From: Octopus vulgaris
Taxonomy: Eukaryota
DNA length: 64,000 nucleotides
Direction: 5' to 3'
Assembly: GCA_951406725.2 (NCBI GenBank)
Contig: OX597837.1
Location: forward strand, 12,276,001 to 12,340,000
Both the position numbers and the translations under genes were made by a program. Below the pieces are notes generated by a model that saw only the letters and a program-made list of their open reading frames with translations, did no database searches and was not told the origin of the DNA. Of this stretch, positions 1 through 16,415 are shown in pieces; position 1 is the stretch's first letter; each line of letters starts with the position of its first letter.

Positions 1-12
1 ACGTTATCGCTA

Positions 13-3300
<3,288 letters not shown>

Positions 3301-3513
3301 TATTGGATAATTCTTTATTGACGTTTTTCGTCCGATTAATCAAACTCTTCAAAAGAAATCCAAGGTGTATATATGTACAGACGCGTAGATAACGACGCCA
3401 TGCCTCTTCAGTGGCGACTGGGTACAAGCGCACCGCAGAAATAGGTCGAATGCCTTCTTACGTGAACTTTATATCTTGGTTACCTACATTTCATATATAT
3501 AGAGAGAGAAATA

Positions 3514-3688
3514 TAGGGAATTCAGCACGCTAGAAAGAACAGATAGGCTTTGTAAACCACAAAAATAACGGATAAAATTCGACAATGGTAAATGTTTTTC
3601 ATTTCTAAATTTATTCCTGTCGAATTTTATTCGTTATTTTTGTGGTTTACAGAACCTAGCTGTTCTTTCTAGCGTGCTGAATTCCCTA
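3514..3688. repeat. Inverted repeat, ~71-bp arms, 33-nt spacer
   Basis: tagggaattcagcacgctagaaagaac...aaaattcgaca (3514-3584) is the near-perfect reverse complement of tgtcgaatttt...gttctttctagcgtgctgaattcccta (3618-3688). Confidence 0.9.
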
Positions 3689-3863
3689 CAAGTGGATTCC
3701 TTATGTGTTTAAATATACACTATATCGTATGACTAATATATAGTCTTCTTGACTTATTTTTTTTGCACGTTAGGCCACTGGAAATGTAAATTTTGATTGA
3801 ATGTCTTAATTTTAATTAAATTCCATTTCCCCCTGATATGATTATATAGAAATATATATATAT

Positions 3864-4085
3864 ATTTCTTTATTGCCCACAAGGGGCTAAACATAGAGGG
3901 GACAAACAAAGGGATTAAGTCGATTATATCGGCCCCAGTGCGTAACTGGTACTTTATTTATCGACCCCGAAAGGATGAAAGGCAAAGTCGACCTCGGCGG
4001 AATTTGAACTCAGACCGTAACGGCAGACGAAATACGGCTACGCATTTCACCCGGCGTGCTAACGTTTCTGCCAGCTCGCCGCCTT
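3864..4085 (-). mobile_element. tRNA-headed SINE, family B (Meta-domain-like core)
   Basis: RC reads ggcggcgagctggcagaaacgttagcac...gagttcaaattcc (B box)...gcctttcatcctttcggggtcgataaat...gtaccag. There are many copies in the window. Confidence 0.85.
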
Positions 4086-4102
4086 AGGCGCAGGAGTGGC
4101 AT

Positions 4103-4509
4103 AGGCGCAGGAGTGGCTGTGTGGTAAGTAGCTTGCTAACCAACCACATGGTTCCGGGTTCAGTCCCACTGCGTGGCATCTTGAGCAAGTGTCTTCTGCT
4201 ATAGCCCCGGGCCGACCAATGCCTTGTGAGTGGATTTGGTAGACAGAAACTGAAAGAAGCCTGTCGTATATATGTATATATATATGTGTGTGTGTGTGTT
4301 TGTGTGTCTGTGTTTGTCCCCCTAGCATTGCCTGACAGCCGATATTGATGTGTTGACGTCCCCGTCACTAAGCGGTTCGGCAAAAGAGACCGATAGAATA
4401 AGTACTGGGCTTACAAAGAATAAGTCCCGGGGTCGATTTGCTCGACTAAAGGCGGTGCTCCAGCATGGCCGCAGTCAAATGACTAAAACAAGTAAGAGAG
4501 TAAAAGAGT
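4103..4509 (+). mobile_element. tRNA-headed SINE, family A (CORE-like), full length
   Basis: It has A/B-box-like head ggagtggctgtgtggtaag...gggttcagtccc, CORE-like cttgagcaagtgtctt, an internal TA/TG repeat, and tail ggcggtgctccagcatggccgcagtc plus gtaaaagag repeats. Recurs at 8156, 54584, 56006 and 61248. Confidence 0.9.
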
Positions 4510-5170
4510 ATAGAAATATATATAGGCTCTGCGGGAAGACGTGTATTTCTCAACCTCATGATTCAGAAAAAAACATGGGGAGGCATGTTCTGTCTCACTG
4601 CCTGTCACTTTGGGCAAGTGTCTTCTATAGCCCCGGGCCGACCAAAGCCTTGCGAGGAGATTTGGTAGACGGAAACTGAATGCGAATGTTTTACATATCT
4701 TTACAGTTCCAGTGTTGGCTTGGATCTGTACTCTTCGAATCAGCTCTCTCTCTCTCTCTCTCTTCTGGTTTTGAGAAGCCTAATTTCTCAGGATTGATAT
4801 GTGTGTAAGTACAAGTATATGTATGTCTGTGTGTCTGTATGTATATATGTACATCAGTACCTACGAATGCATGTCTGTATGTATGTATGTGTATGTATGC
4901 ATCTCTTTATATATGTCTGTACATGTCTACATCTATGTATGTATGTATGTATGTATGTATGTATGTATGTATGTATGTATGTATGTATTTTCCTTGGGGC
5001 TGGTCGGATCGGAGCAATCTTAAGATAAATCAGCCGAAATTGCGAGGATGATCCGGTTCTTGACTGAAGATTAGAGGCTTCGAATGACCCGTCCGTTTTT
5101 TGTGTCGTCTATTTGAGTGTTTTGCGTTCTTGTCTCATTTTGTATTTTTACATGTATTTTTTATACATAT

Positions 5171-5289
5171 GCTTACGGCCATATCACGTTGAAAGCACCG
5201 GTTCTCGTCTGATCATCGAAGTTAAGCAACGTCGAGCCTAGTCAGTACTTAGATGGGTGACCGCTTGGGAAACCTAGGTGCAGTAAGCA
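5171..5289 (+). rRNA. 5S rRNA sequence (solitary; probably the head of a 5S-derived SINE or a retrocopy)
   Basis: 119 nt, gcttacggccatatcacgttgaaagcaccggttctcgtctgatc...agttaagc (A box)...agatgggtgaccgcttggga (C box)...gtaagca. The GCTTAC/GTAAGC ends pair as helix I. There is no immediate T-run terminator; a SINE/LINE-type tail follows. Confidence 0.88.
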
Positions 5290-5593
5290 TAGCACATTGT
5301 TCAGCGGTGGTGCCCCAGCATGGCCGCGGCCTTCGGGCTACAACATTTTTAAGGATTTAAGGATATGTATGTATGTCTTTCTGTATGCCTGTATTGCCTG
5401 TATGTGCGTATGCCTGCGTGTATGTCAGCGTGTCTATCTCTCCGTGTGTTTGTATGTATGTGTGTGTATGTGTATGTATGTACGAATCGGCGAACGAGGA
5501 AGAGAAATTTGTTGTTGAGTACACTGGAGTTTCATTTTAAAGTATTTAATAATAGGTTGAGCTGAATCTGACTGTTATTAAATAGTTATAAGC

Positions 5594-5648
<55 letters not shown>

Positions 5649-5666
5649 CGCACATACATATTCATA

Positions 5667-5899
5667 TATTTCTTTATTGCCCACAAGGGGCTTAACACAG
5701 AGGAGACAAACAAGGACAGACAAATGGATTAAGTCGATTACATCGACCCCAGTGCGTAATTGGTACTTTATTTATCGCACGACGAAAGGATGAAAGGCAA
5801 AGTCGACCTCGGCGGAATTTGAACTCAGGACGTAACGGCAGACGAAATACGGCTACGCATTTCGCCCGGCGTGCTAACGTTTCTGCCAGCTCGCCGCCT
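5667..5899 (-). mobile_element. SINE family B
   Basis: Near-identical to 3864-4085. Confidence 0.85.
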
Positions 5900-6181
5900 T
5901 ACATACATATTCATAGGTGTACATGTGTGTGTGTGTGCACCCGTGTATGCGTGTGTTTGTGTAATGTATATGTATATCTATGCATTTGTATGTGCGTGCT
6001 TGAATATTTTATTAACGGATTTATGATTTTTACACACACATTATCAAAAACAAAAAAAGATTTACGAGCAGTTAGGGCGATGAAAAGAGAACAGGATATT
6101 TAATGAAAATATATAACCTGTAATTATAATATTATTCTCGCGTTATAATTCTCTTTACGAAAACACCATTCAAAATATCTA

Positions 6182-6551
6182 CTAGCAGTATCGCCCGGTG
6201 TTGCTCGGGTTTGTTTCGACCCTTTAGAATTGGAATTTTTGAAAAGTAAAAATTTTGCATTATGTAGCTTGTTATTCTCTTTAAGTGAACATTTTTTCTG
6301 GTTGAAATACACCGAAAAATGGCGATACAGCAGTAAAAAATTATAAAAAATAGGCATTTTCATAGAAAAAAAGCACCTTTTTGATGTCAATAATTTTTGG
6401 TGCTAACATGGTCCGATTATGATAGAAGGCTTCTTCTATCATACTGTCAATTTTGGTCAACTTGCGCCGCAGGGTCTCGGAGGAGATAGTGCTAGTTGAA
6501 GGCTACCAAATCTGCCATACATAGACAACCTCAGTTTTATATATAGAGAGA
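6182..6551 (-). mobile_element. Non-autonomous Helitron
   Basis: On the minus strand it starts 5'-TC (tctctctatatataaaac) and ends CTAG-3', preceded by hairpin cccgagcaacaccggg. It is inserted between A and T with no TSD, and its termini match 17997-18595. Confidence 0.8.
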
Positions 6552-7112
6552 TGAAAAAATGTATTCTTTATGGTAGTTAGTGATATCTCTTGCATGCCTT
6601 CCAGACTGACACGTACACAGACATTCCGAACGACGTCGGCGTCTTTCTCAGCGTTGTGCTGCGGTTATTGGGTCGTCCAGTCGGTGTCTTATCTCGACTG
6701 TTTATCACACGTACACTTCTGTATAGCATGCGAGTCCTTCCTCTTTGCGTTGATGCCATGCCATGACTATCAGCCCAGTAATCGGAGCCTCGCAAATTCT
6801 TTATTGACGATGCATGGCAGCATGTGTGCCTCATCGCTTGACCCAGCAGAGATAGCTATGAGCGTTGGGGCGATTGGGAGCTGCTCTTTTGACGCTGGCT
6901 GTTTTGGCGCGGCTGAATGGATACTGCGTCGCTTTGGCGACAGTACTTTCTGGCGCTGGAAGCAAACATACGCACATACATATACGCACGTATAAATACA
7001 AACATGCACATACGCACGCACTCACGCATTCGCAGAAATATGTACATATACACAGAGAATGAGAGAAAAAGAAAGAGAGCAACCTCTCTGTCTCTCTGTC
7101 TCTGTCTCTCTG

Positions 7113-7169
<57 letters not shown>

Positions 7170-7299
7170 TGCAATTATCTTACAAACTACAGAATTTTCT
7201 CAAGAAAGCCAAGAGAAAAAGATGTTTTATAAACACATTCTACCAGTATACGAAGTTTAAAATAGACCACCTAATCGAAGTTTAAAATAGACCACCTAA

Positions 7300-7911
7300 T
7301 CTCAGGGTGTAGAATCTTAGCACCTGTAGAATATAAAGCAAGGTATGACAGAGTCGGCCAGTATTTACACTGGAGAATATGTCGGCATTATAAAATCGAA
7401 ACCGCTGACAAATGGTATAAACATCATCCTGAAGCTGTGACTGAGGGAGAACATGTGTCGATTCCATGGGACTTCCCCGTACATACCGACAAAACTATAA
7501 AAGCTAATAAACCGGATATTATTATAAAAGATCAGACAAAAAAGATGTGTTTATTAATTGACATGAGTATTCCTTGGCAGCTCAAGGCGACTACAGTACT
7601 AGTGATTGTAGGATCTCTAGGAATGATAAAAAAAGGGTACTGAAGCATATTTGAAACTGATACCAGGCTTACCATCCCCACAGGAAGTGCAGAAAATCGT
7701 GTTAACTGGAACGGCTCATGTACTGAGAAGAGCATTATCGCCGTGAAAACCACATCCATTCATGAATTTATTTATTAATTTTTAAATACATATTTTTACC
7801 TATGAATTTGCGTGTGTAATCTGGGAATGCATACAATGAGCTTCTCTGCCCTAGGTATACGGAAAACACTCGGCGAGAAACGGAAGAAAATTTGAAAAAA
7901 GAAGGAAAAAG

Positions 7912-7958
<47 letters not shown>
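7300..7958 (+). mobile_element. 5'-truncated RLE-type non-LTR retrotransposon (R4/Dong-like) ending in (TAA)n
   Basis: Frame-broken translation LAPVEYKARYDRVGQYLHW...WDFPVHTDKTIKANKPDIIIKD...CLLIDMSIP...EVQKIVLTGTAHVLRRAL is a PD-(D/E)xK restriction-like endonuclease C-terminus, followed by a 3'UTR and a (TAA)n tract. Confidence 0.8.
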
Positions 7959-7960
<2 letters not shown>

Positions 7961-8154
7961 AGGAAATTGGAATAGAGTGCCCAGTAGAACTGTTACAAAA
8001 GGTTTGCCTCCTTGGCATGGCCAGAATAATCAGGAAAGTATTAGAATGCTGAAACGAACAAATGGCAGGGTACCGTTGACTGAAGGTAGGAAACCCTCTA
8101 CGTATGCAAGACTCCAGGAGTTCCAACAAGATTTGCGATAAAAAGAAATGATAA
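7959..8154 (+). mobile_element. Second short RLE non-LTR 3' fragment inserted in the same (TAA)n
   Basis: Translates KEIGIECPVELLQKVCLLGMARIIRKVLEC*, then a short UTR ending at atgataata. Confidence 0.65.
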
Positions 8155-8155
8155 T

Positions 8156-8317
8156 AGGCGCAGGAGTGGCTGTGTGGTAAGTAGCTTGCTACCCAACCAC
8201 ATGGTTCCGGGTTCAGTCTCACTACGTGCAACCTTGGGAAGGTGTCTTCTGCTGTAGCCGTGGACCGACCAAAGCCTTGTGAGTGGATTTGGTAGATGGA
8301 AACTGAAAGAAGCCTGT

Positions 8318-8355
<38 letters not shown>

Positions 8356-9035
8356 CTTATAATAAAGGGCTAAAGAAGATATTTCTGAAGCCAATATACT
8401 GGTTATCCACTTATAATCCACTTGTTACAGGAAAATTGAACTGAAAGCAGGCAACTAACCTTTAGAAAATATAAATTTCGTTATCTTTATATTGAATCAA
8501 TTTCGGAATTAATCCTTTAAAGGATACATTCTTCGTCAGTAGAGCTTACGAGGGAATATAAATAAAACACTTACATGCGTTTATGGAAAAAGCAGAAGCT
8601 AAAAACATAACTACATATAAGTACATCATTTATATCTAAAAATAAAAATTCCTTGGTCAGTCTCAGAAACAATCTGTTGACTTTTCGCCGCTACATATTG
8701 TAGTGGTTACCAGTCCCCTGTAAGCAAGCAGTAATGGGTTTACTACTAACAAATATAGGATGAAGCCCCTTTCTCTACAGAAAAGAATTCCATCAGGAAG
8801 CGTGGCAGTATATTAAAAAAACCTTTACGGTTGAAATATGAACATCTTATAATAAAGGGCTAAAGAAGATATTTCTGAAGCCAATATACTGGTTATCCAC
8901 TTATAATCCACTTGCTACAGGAAAAATTGAACTGACAATCAGGCAACTAACCTTTAGAAAATTTAAATTTCTTCATCTCTATATTGAATCAATTTCGGAA
9001 TTAATCCTATAAAGGATACATTCTTCGTCAGTAGA

Positions 9036-9080
<45 letters not shown>

Positions 9081-9320
9081 TGTATGTGTATATGTTTGTG
9101 TGTCTGTGTTTGTCCCCTTAGCATTGCTTGACAACCGATGCTGGTGTGTTTATGTCCACGTCACTTAGCGGTTCGGCAAAGAGAGACCGATAGAATAAGT
9201 ATTGGGCTTCCAAAGAATAAGTCCTGGGGTCGATTTGCTCGACTAAAGGCGGTGCTCCAGCATGTCCCGCAGTCAAAATGACTGAAACAAGTAAAAGAGT
9301 AAAAGAGAGAGAGTAAGAGT
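8156..9320 (+). mobile_element. SINE family A split by an insertion in its internal (TA)n
   Basis: The 5' half (8156-8320) and 3' half (~9075-9320) are collinear with 4103-4509; foreign sequence 8354-9036 lies between the TA runs. Confidence 0.85.
8354..9036 (-). mobile_element. Non-coding element with ~190-bp direct terminal repeats, each holding a hammerhead-like motif (Penelope pLTR/retrozyme-like)
   Basis: 8354-8544 repeats at 8844-9036. The RC of the first reads CTGACGA-a-gaat-gt-atcct-ttaa-aggat-ta-attc-c-GAAA-ttgattc; the second copy differs at one loop base. Confidence 0.6.
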
Positions 9321-9354
9321 ATAGTAATAATGACAATAATAATGTTGATAATGG

Positions 9355-9386
<32 letters not shown>

Positions 9387-9633
9387 GAAAAATTTGGGAA
9401 ATCAGAGCAAGTTCAAAGTATCAAGGTTAACAATGTACAACAATTATTACGTCATTCCTCCCTCCCCACCCCAACGTTTCCATACATACACATACACATG
9501 CACTCCCTCTATCACACACACACACATACATGGGCTCATACATTTATAACACAGACTCATACACATATACTCACACTCACACACACATAAGCACATGTTA
9601 CACACTCACAAACATATACAAATATACCCGGTC

Positions 9634-9680
<47 letters not shown>

Positions 9681-9711
9681 TATATTATATATATATATAT
9701 ATATATTATAT

Positions 9712-9830
<119 letters not shown>

Positions 9831-9859
9831 CACACACACAAAAATGCACACAAACGCAG

Positions 9860-9890
<31 letters not shown>

Positions 9891-10251
9891 CACACACACT
9901 CACATATACACTCAGAAACATATACATATAATCACACACACATATACATACATATAAATAATATCTGCTTTTCCTTTCTCCCTATGTCGTGTGTCTCAAG
10001 GCCATCCGTCCACCCCCCTCGATAAAACCACAACAGCAGCAGCAGCAGCGATTATGAAAAACATGAGTTTAGACATGTTCCTCACGCCTATAACACGAAC
10101 CGATCTACCCGGGGTGCACTTGACATCAGCGGCACACCATAAACTGTGAAACGATTTGATACTACTAACAGAGACACGAACCTCTGCATGGTCGTTCGAC
10201 CTGCTAAAAATAGCAGTCACAGCTCCCTCAAAACGCACACACTACTTGTGC

Positions 10252-10318
<67 letters not shown>

Positions 10319-10943
10319 GTTATTATTATTATTATTATTGTCTTTTGAAGACTTTTGTTTTTGGATAATGTACAAATAGGAGTTAATTGCCTGAGTCAAA
10401 AAAAATCAAAAAAATCAGCGGCATGGTCATGCATGGAGAGCCTATGTTTATATGTCTGTTCGATCAGACAGGATCAAGACAGCAACAGTAACAACAACAA
10501 CAACAACAACGAAAATAACTAACAATAGCAACAAAATACAACCAGAACACCAACAGCAACAACAACAACAAAATCAACAACGTCGACAACTCGACCTGCT
10601 AGAAAAAACAACCAAAAACCTACCTCAAATTTACACGTCCCTTTACAACAAACTCTTTAAAAAAATACGTATTGAAATTACAATTTTAGCGGCTTTAGAT
10701 ACACTAAACTACTTTTGTTTGAGAATATACCATGAGATGGTCACGAGTGGAGAGCTTTAGGCCTAGATCTTCTTAAAGTGAGTAGACTTAGGAGTGGCGG
10801 TTGTGCTGGTGGGGAAATCCTCAAGCAACATCATGAGATAAATACTTAACAAGAGTAAGTAATTTTGCAAGCCTCTTCTTATCTCTCTTCTGAAATGAAT
10901 CTGTTGTTTTATCTTCAATCTATAAACAATATCTTTACGCAAC

Positions 10944-11526
10944 GAAGGCAGTGAGCTGGCGGAAACGTTAGCACGCCGGGCGAAATGCTCTGCGGTATTT
11001 CGTCTGCCGTTACGTTCTGAGTTCAAATTCCGCCGAGGTCGACTTTGCCTTTCATCCTTTCGGGGTCGATTAAATAAGTACCATTTACGCACTGGGGTTG
11101 ATGTAATCGACTTAATACCTTTGTCTGTCCTTGTTTGTCCCCTCTGTGTTTAACCCCTTGTGGGTAATAAAGAATTAAGAATCGTTAGCACGCCGGATAA
11201 GTAAAGGGTAGTAAAGAAATAGGTATTTCGTCTGCCGTTATGTTCTGAGTTCAAATTCTGCCGAGGTCGACTTTCATCCTTTCATCCTTTCGGGGTCGAT
11301 TAAATAAGTACCAGTTACGCACTGGGGTTGATGTAATAGACTTAATCCGTTTGTCTGTCCTTGTTTGTCCTCTCTGTGTTTAGCCCCTTCGTGGGTAGTA
11401 AAGAAATAGGTATTTCGTCAGCCGCTACGTTCTGAGATCAAATATCGCCGAGGTCGACTTTGCCTTTCATCCTTTCGGGGTCGATTAAATAAGTATCAGT
11501 TACGCACTGGGGTCGATATAATCGAC
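10944..11526 (+). mobile_element. Tandem array of ~3 SINE family B copies
   Basis: gaggtcgacttt...catcctttcggggtcgattaaataagta recurs at ~11035, ~11265 and ~11450. Confidence 0.85.
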
Positions 11527-12052
11527 TAAATGATGGTGTAGATCACAATTATATCGAAATTTAATGTAAAAAAAAAGAAAAAAACTATCTGTATTATAAT
11601 ATACTGAATGTCTTTTTTTTTGAAGCTGTGCTGTGTTGCGTCATATCTATGTTGAAAGACAATCAGAAACACACAGACACACACAGAGGAATAAACACAC
11701 ACACAAGGAATGCACAAACACACACACACGCAAAGGAATGCATGGACTCATACATACAACCTACATACAAACAAAAAAATTATCTCTATATTGTTACATA
11801 ATGAAAGATCTTTTGAAGCTGTGAAGCGGTATGTTGACAGACTTGCACATGAAATTAACGCGTTTTAATCAAAACTTGTTAGATACTATGGTGACAATAT
11901 TACCCACCCATCTGCCTGCCTACCTACCTACCTACCTACCTACCTACCTACCTACCTACCTACCTACCTACCTACCTACCTACCTACCTACCTACCTACC
12001 TACATACCTACTTACTTACCTACCTACCTACACACACATCACACATATATAT

Positions 12053-12106
<54 letters not shown>

Positions 12107-12569
12107 ATATATATATATGTATATATATATATGTATATATGTGTGTATATATATGTTGTCATTTTTGTTGAATCTATCCAGTAAACTAGAGTTTCGTTGA
12201 AAGGAAAATGACGACGTTATTCAAAAGAAGGTTTGCATTTTCGAGCTCAGAGCTGAGAAAAGTCATAAGGAGGATACAGGAGGCAGTCGAAAAAGCCATC
12301 TTCTATATATGGCTGAAGCGGGAAGACTAAAAATGGTTCGAAGGTTTGTACCACCAAACAGTTGCTCGGCTCTGGCTGCTAGAACTGAAACTAACACGAC
12401 ACTGCTGAAAGGCAGGTTTAAGATTACACGCCCTTCTCCTCCTTTGGCCAGTTGAAGTTTAGACAGTGTCACGTGATAACTAGCTGGTGCTGCCTGCTGG
12501 AGCCTACCGAAGAGTTTTTAAGGGGAATTTGGCTGGATGGTCAGTCACCCGCTGTCACTCGAAGAGGCC

Positions 12570-12800
12570 AGGGAACAGAAGAAAGAAGAGAGAATACTGG
12601 AATGACAGACACTCTCCTCATAGTCCACATTCTTGCAAGATCGTCTTTTAGTAGTCTGTACTTTTCAATCTCTTCCAGTTCTTTGCCACTTGCGCGTGCA
12701 TCTCCAGGTGTTGCAATATCTATGATCTTGGTCTCCTTTTTTATCCTTTATCTACCACAACAATACCTGGTCTCGAAGTATCGATTAGGAAGTCACACTG
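12570..12800 (-). mobile_element. RLE non-LTR (R4/Dong-like) fragment next to (TAA)n
   Basis: Minus-strand translation IKDKKETKIIDIATPGDARASGKELEEIEKYRLLKDDLARMWTMRRVSVIPV matches the RLE domain. Confidence 0.65.
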
Positions 12801-12802
12801 GA

Positions 12803-12851
<49 letters not shown>

Positions 12852-12886
12852 AAAAATTTTTTTAATTAAAAAAAAGAATTTTTTAA

Positions 12887-12945
<59 letters not shown>

Positions 12946-13058
12946 GTTTTTCTCCTTTCATTTTTGTTTCCCTTTTTCCTTTCTTGCCAATTGTCCCCCA
13001 ACTCGTTGGGCAAAGAAACTCACTGTATACATTGATGGGTCATTAAACTAAACACAAA

Positions 13059-13126
<68 letters not shown>

Positions 13127-13446
13127 ATATATGTATGTATATGTATAATATACAAATATCTAAGATTGGAAAAAGATTTTTTTCAAAAGTTGTTACCTAT
13201 TTAATCTGTTGCAGTCAGTCGTTATCTTCCACGTCGTTACCTGAGAACATTCCTGCCGGACGTTAGCAGCCAGGTGTCAAGAACCAGGAATCTTAGCCTT
13301 TTTGACACTCAACAACAATAACAACAACGATACAGCCAACTGGATGTACGTTTGCATTGTGGTGTCTGGTGATTGGTGGTGCCAACGGATTGCTTGATTC
13401 GTCAGAAGTTTACAGGTAAGACGCATCTCTAGTATTGCAGCTGCTG

Positions 13447-13478
<32 letters not shown>

Positions 13479-14919
13479 GCGTGTCCGCTTGCCAATGCTG
13501 TCTGTCGTTTTTGTCCATTTCTTTAATGCGCGTTTCTTCGTACATCTGCGTTCATACCACACACCTGGTCATTAATGTGGGGTGCTGACCGAACAGGTAC
13601 GATTGCGAATACGAACAACCGGAATGGCGTTTCTGCGAAGAGTCACTGAAGTAATGTCATTGGACAGGATGTGTCGCTTGGTGATCAGAGAATTTGGCCA
13701 GGTCGAGTAGAAACTTTTCCACAATTGAGTGGTCACGGAACCGGCACATCTGTCATGTAATTAGATCATTGGTGGATGCAGAAGTGTTACCCCAGTTGCC
13801 CTGGCGACACCCTTTCTAGCCGAACCGACATTCAAAAAATCGGGACCAAGATTTATTTCCATCAGTTTCACCCTTTCATTTGCATCTAGTCTGCTACAAC
13901 AAAGTTAGAAGACATAAACATGGGTCCATTTGTTACGAATTCCGATTCCCACATTATATAGTATTTTTTTTCGAAACTTTTGGGCAACACCAAAAAGAAT
14001 AAAATCTAGGACCCCCCTCTGTTAAATTGTCGCCGGAAAGACTCGCATGACGGATACTTCAAACCCAGCCAACCAGTAGGAGACCCAGTGGTAGACCAAG
14101 AAAGAGAACTCTACCCCCACAACCTTCTCAGGGACGTAGTAGTCTGTCGTTAATCGATATCACTTGTGTCTCATACTGCTAAACGACACACACAAAAAAA
14201 AAAAAAACGTGATATCTCTTGAGCCTGAAGATGAGGCAGTGGAGATCTAGAAAAATAGATTATATTTTATGGAGATTTGTTTTTTTAAATTAATTGCCAG
14301 AAACTCATTGGAAATATACATATATTGTAAAATACAAATCAGATGCTATTATTTCGAACGCACAAGTGCCGTTAGAACAACTGTTCTAATTCTGCTTTAA
14401 AAAGCATCTTTTTTTGGGGTCGTACAATACACATTTCGACGCTTATAAAAAATCAAATGTTTGTGTGTATTTATATAGACGTATTTGTATATGTGTGTGT
14501 GTATACACATGCATATGTATATGTTAAATGTATTTATGGATGTGTCTATATATGTATGTGTATGCATGTATTTATTCATTTATTTATGTATGTATGTTTT
14601 TCTTTCAGAATAATTTGGTTTTTTTCTTCTTGAAGAATTCAAAGCTGGTCACATAACAAAATGACCAAAGTTTGGAGTCTGTAGAGAAGTCTATTGGTTT
14701 TTGTGTGTGCGTATACGCATGTATGTGAGTGTATGTGTGTGTGGATAAACTTCCGCCCATGCAGTCGACATACATGTTACTTTAGTGCGTAATTTGCGTA
14801 CACTTCATTGCTGTTTGTGTGTGTGTATGTATGTGTGTATGTGTATGTGTGAGTGTGGGTGCGTGTGGGCGCGCGCATGCGCGTGTCTGTGTGCGTTCGT
14901 GTCTACGTGTGTGCGCGCG

Positions 14920-14950
<31 letters not shown>

Positions 14951-15914
14951 TTGTCTCTACGTATTCTCTATATACATGTGATAACATATACTTTTAGCCC
15001 AGGAACCACAAATGGAGAATCCCTGGAATGTTTCGAAATTTTTACTATTCATCTACTCAATTGTATTTGGCGAATACAAATTAGCTTGTTCTCTTCTTTC
15101 TTGGATACTCCAGCATTTCTCAGCTTCCATCCAGATTTCTTATAACTTAGTCCAGTACCTTGCTTCAAATGGTACTAGACTATACAAGGTACTAAAGAAA
15201 AAATCTACCAATTCGATATAAAACCTGTAAATATTTTACAAAGTTTTTATAGATGTTCTCCTTTCCTCCAATATTTTTACAGAACATTCTCATCAGCCAA
15301 GGGACTTTTCCCGACCGTTGTGTATGATGTTTGCTCATTGTCCCCACCCTACATATGTATGTATGTATTATTTTTATCTTTTAGTATTCTTTCTAAAAGA
15401 AAGGAGCCGGTTTCTTACGAAGAAACAAATGCTGGCTCTCTGGAGTTTGGATAACCGCGATAAACAGCGATAACAGATACACATCAAATATACTGATGTA
15501 AGTCTTGCATATTTTTATTGTTTCGCTTACAGATTGCATCTGTAAAGTTCGTGTTAGCCGATCTTTTATCTGCTTGAATGTAGCAGCTTCTCCTGATTGT
15601 CGCTTAGTTACGGATGTATGTATGCATGTCATTATTCAGCTTTATTTCAAGATTTCTAGCCAGTAGAGAAAGAGCCGGTTTCTAACTTAGATTCAAGGCT
15701 CCTTCATTGGAATTTCAACATCAACAACAGGGTATTTTTGTATGTATGTATGTTTGTATTTATACGTGCAGATTTGTATGTTTTGCTTTAAGTATGTCTT
15801 CGCATGCATATAGTTGCACATCTAGACATGTTCATATATACTTAAATTATAAACTTTTGGAAAGTTTTACATATTTTTACAGTTCCAGTGATGGATTGGA
15901 TCTGTAGTCTTTGA

Positions 15915-16415
15915 GTATGTATGTATATATGTATGTATGCATGTATGTATGTTTGTATGTATGTATGTATGTATGCATGTATGTATGTATGAATGTATGT
16001 ATGTATGTATGTATGTATGTATGTACGTACGTATGTATGTATGTATGTATGTATGAATGTATGTATGTATGTATGTATGTATGTATGTATGTACGTACGT
16101 ATGTATGTATGTATGTATGTATGTATGTATGTATGTATGTATGAATGTATGTATGTATGTATGTATGTATGTATGTATGTATGAATGTATGTATGTATGT
16201 ATGAATGTATGTATGTATGTATGTATGAATGTATGTATGTATGTATGTATGTATGTATGTATGAATGTATGTATGTATGTATGTATGTATGTATGTATGT
16301 ATGTATGTATGTATGTATGTATGTATGTATGTATGAATGTATGTATGTATGTATGAATGTATGTATGTATGTATGTATGTATGTATGTATGAATGTATGT
16401 ATGTATGTATGTACG
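15915..16415. repeat. ~500-bp (TATG)n microsatellite with periodic GAAT/TACG variants
   Basis: Directly visible; accompanied by a diverged ~110-bp direct repeat (~15765-15870 and ~16418-16523). Confidence 0.95.

Noticed and set aside
5171-5289. Functional 5S rDNA locus
   Set aside because: It is a single copy with no tandem array and no adjacent oligo-T, and it is fused to a retroposon tail.
13150-14260. GC-richer non-repetitive stretch (also 20780-21830, 28960-29600, 36200-36650), possibly exons
   Set aside because: There is no sustained ORF or recognisable domain. They are probably decayed transposon interiors that I cannot classify.
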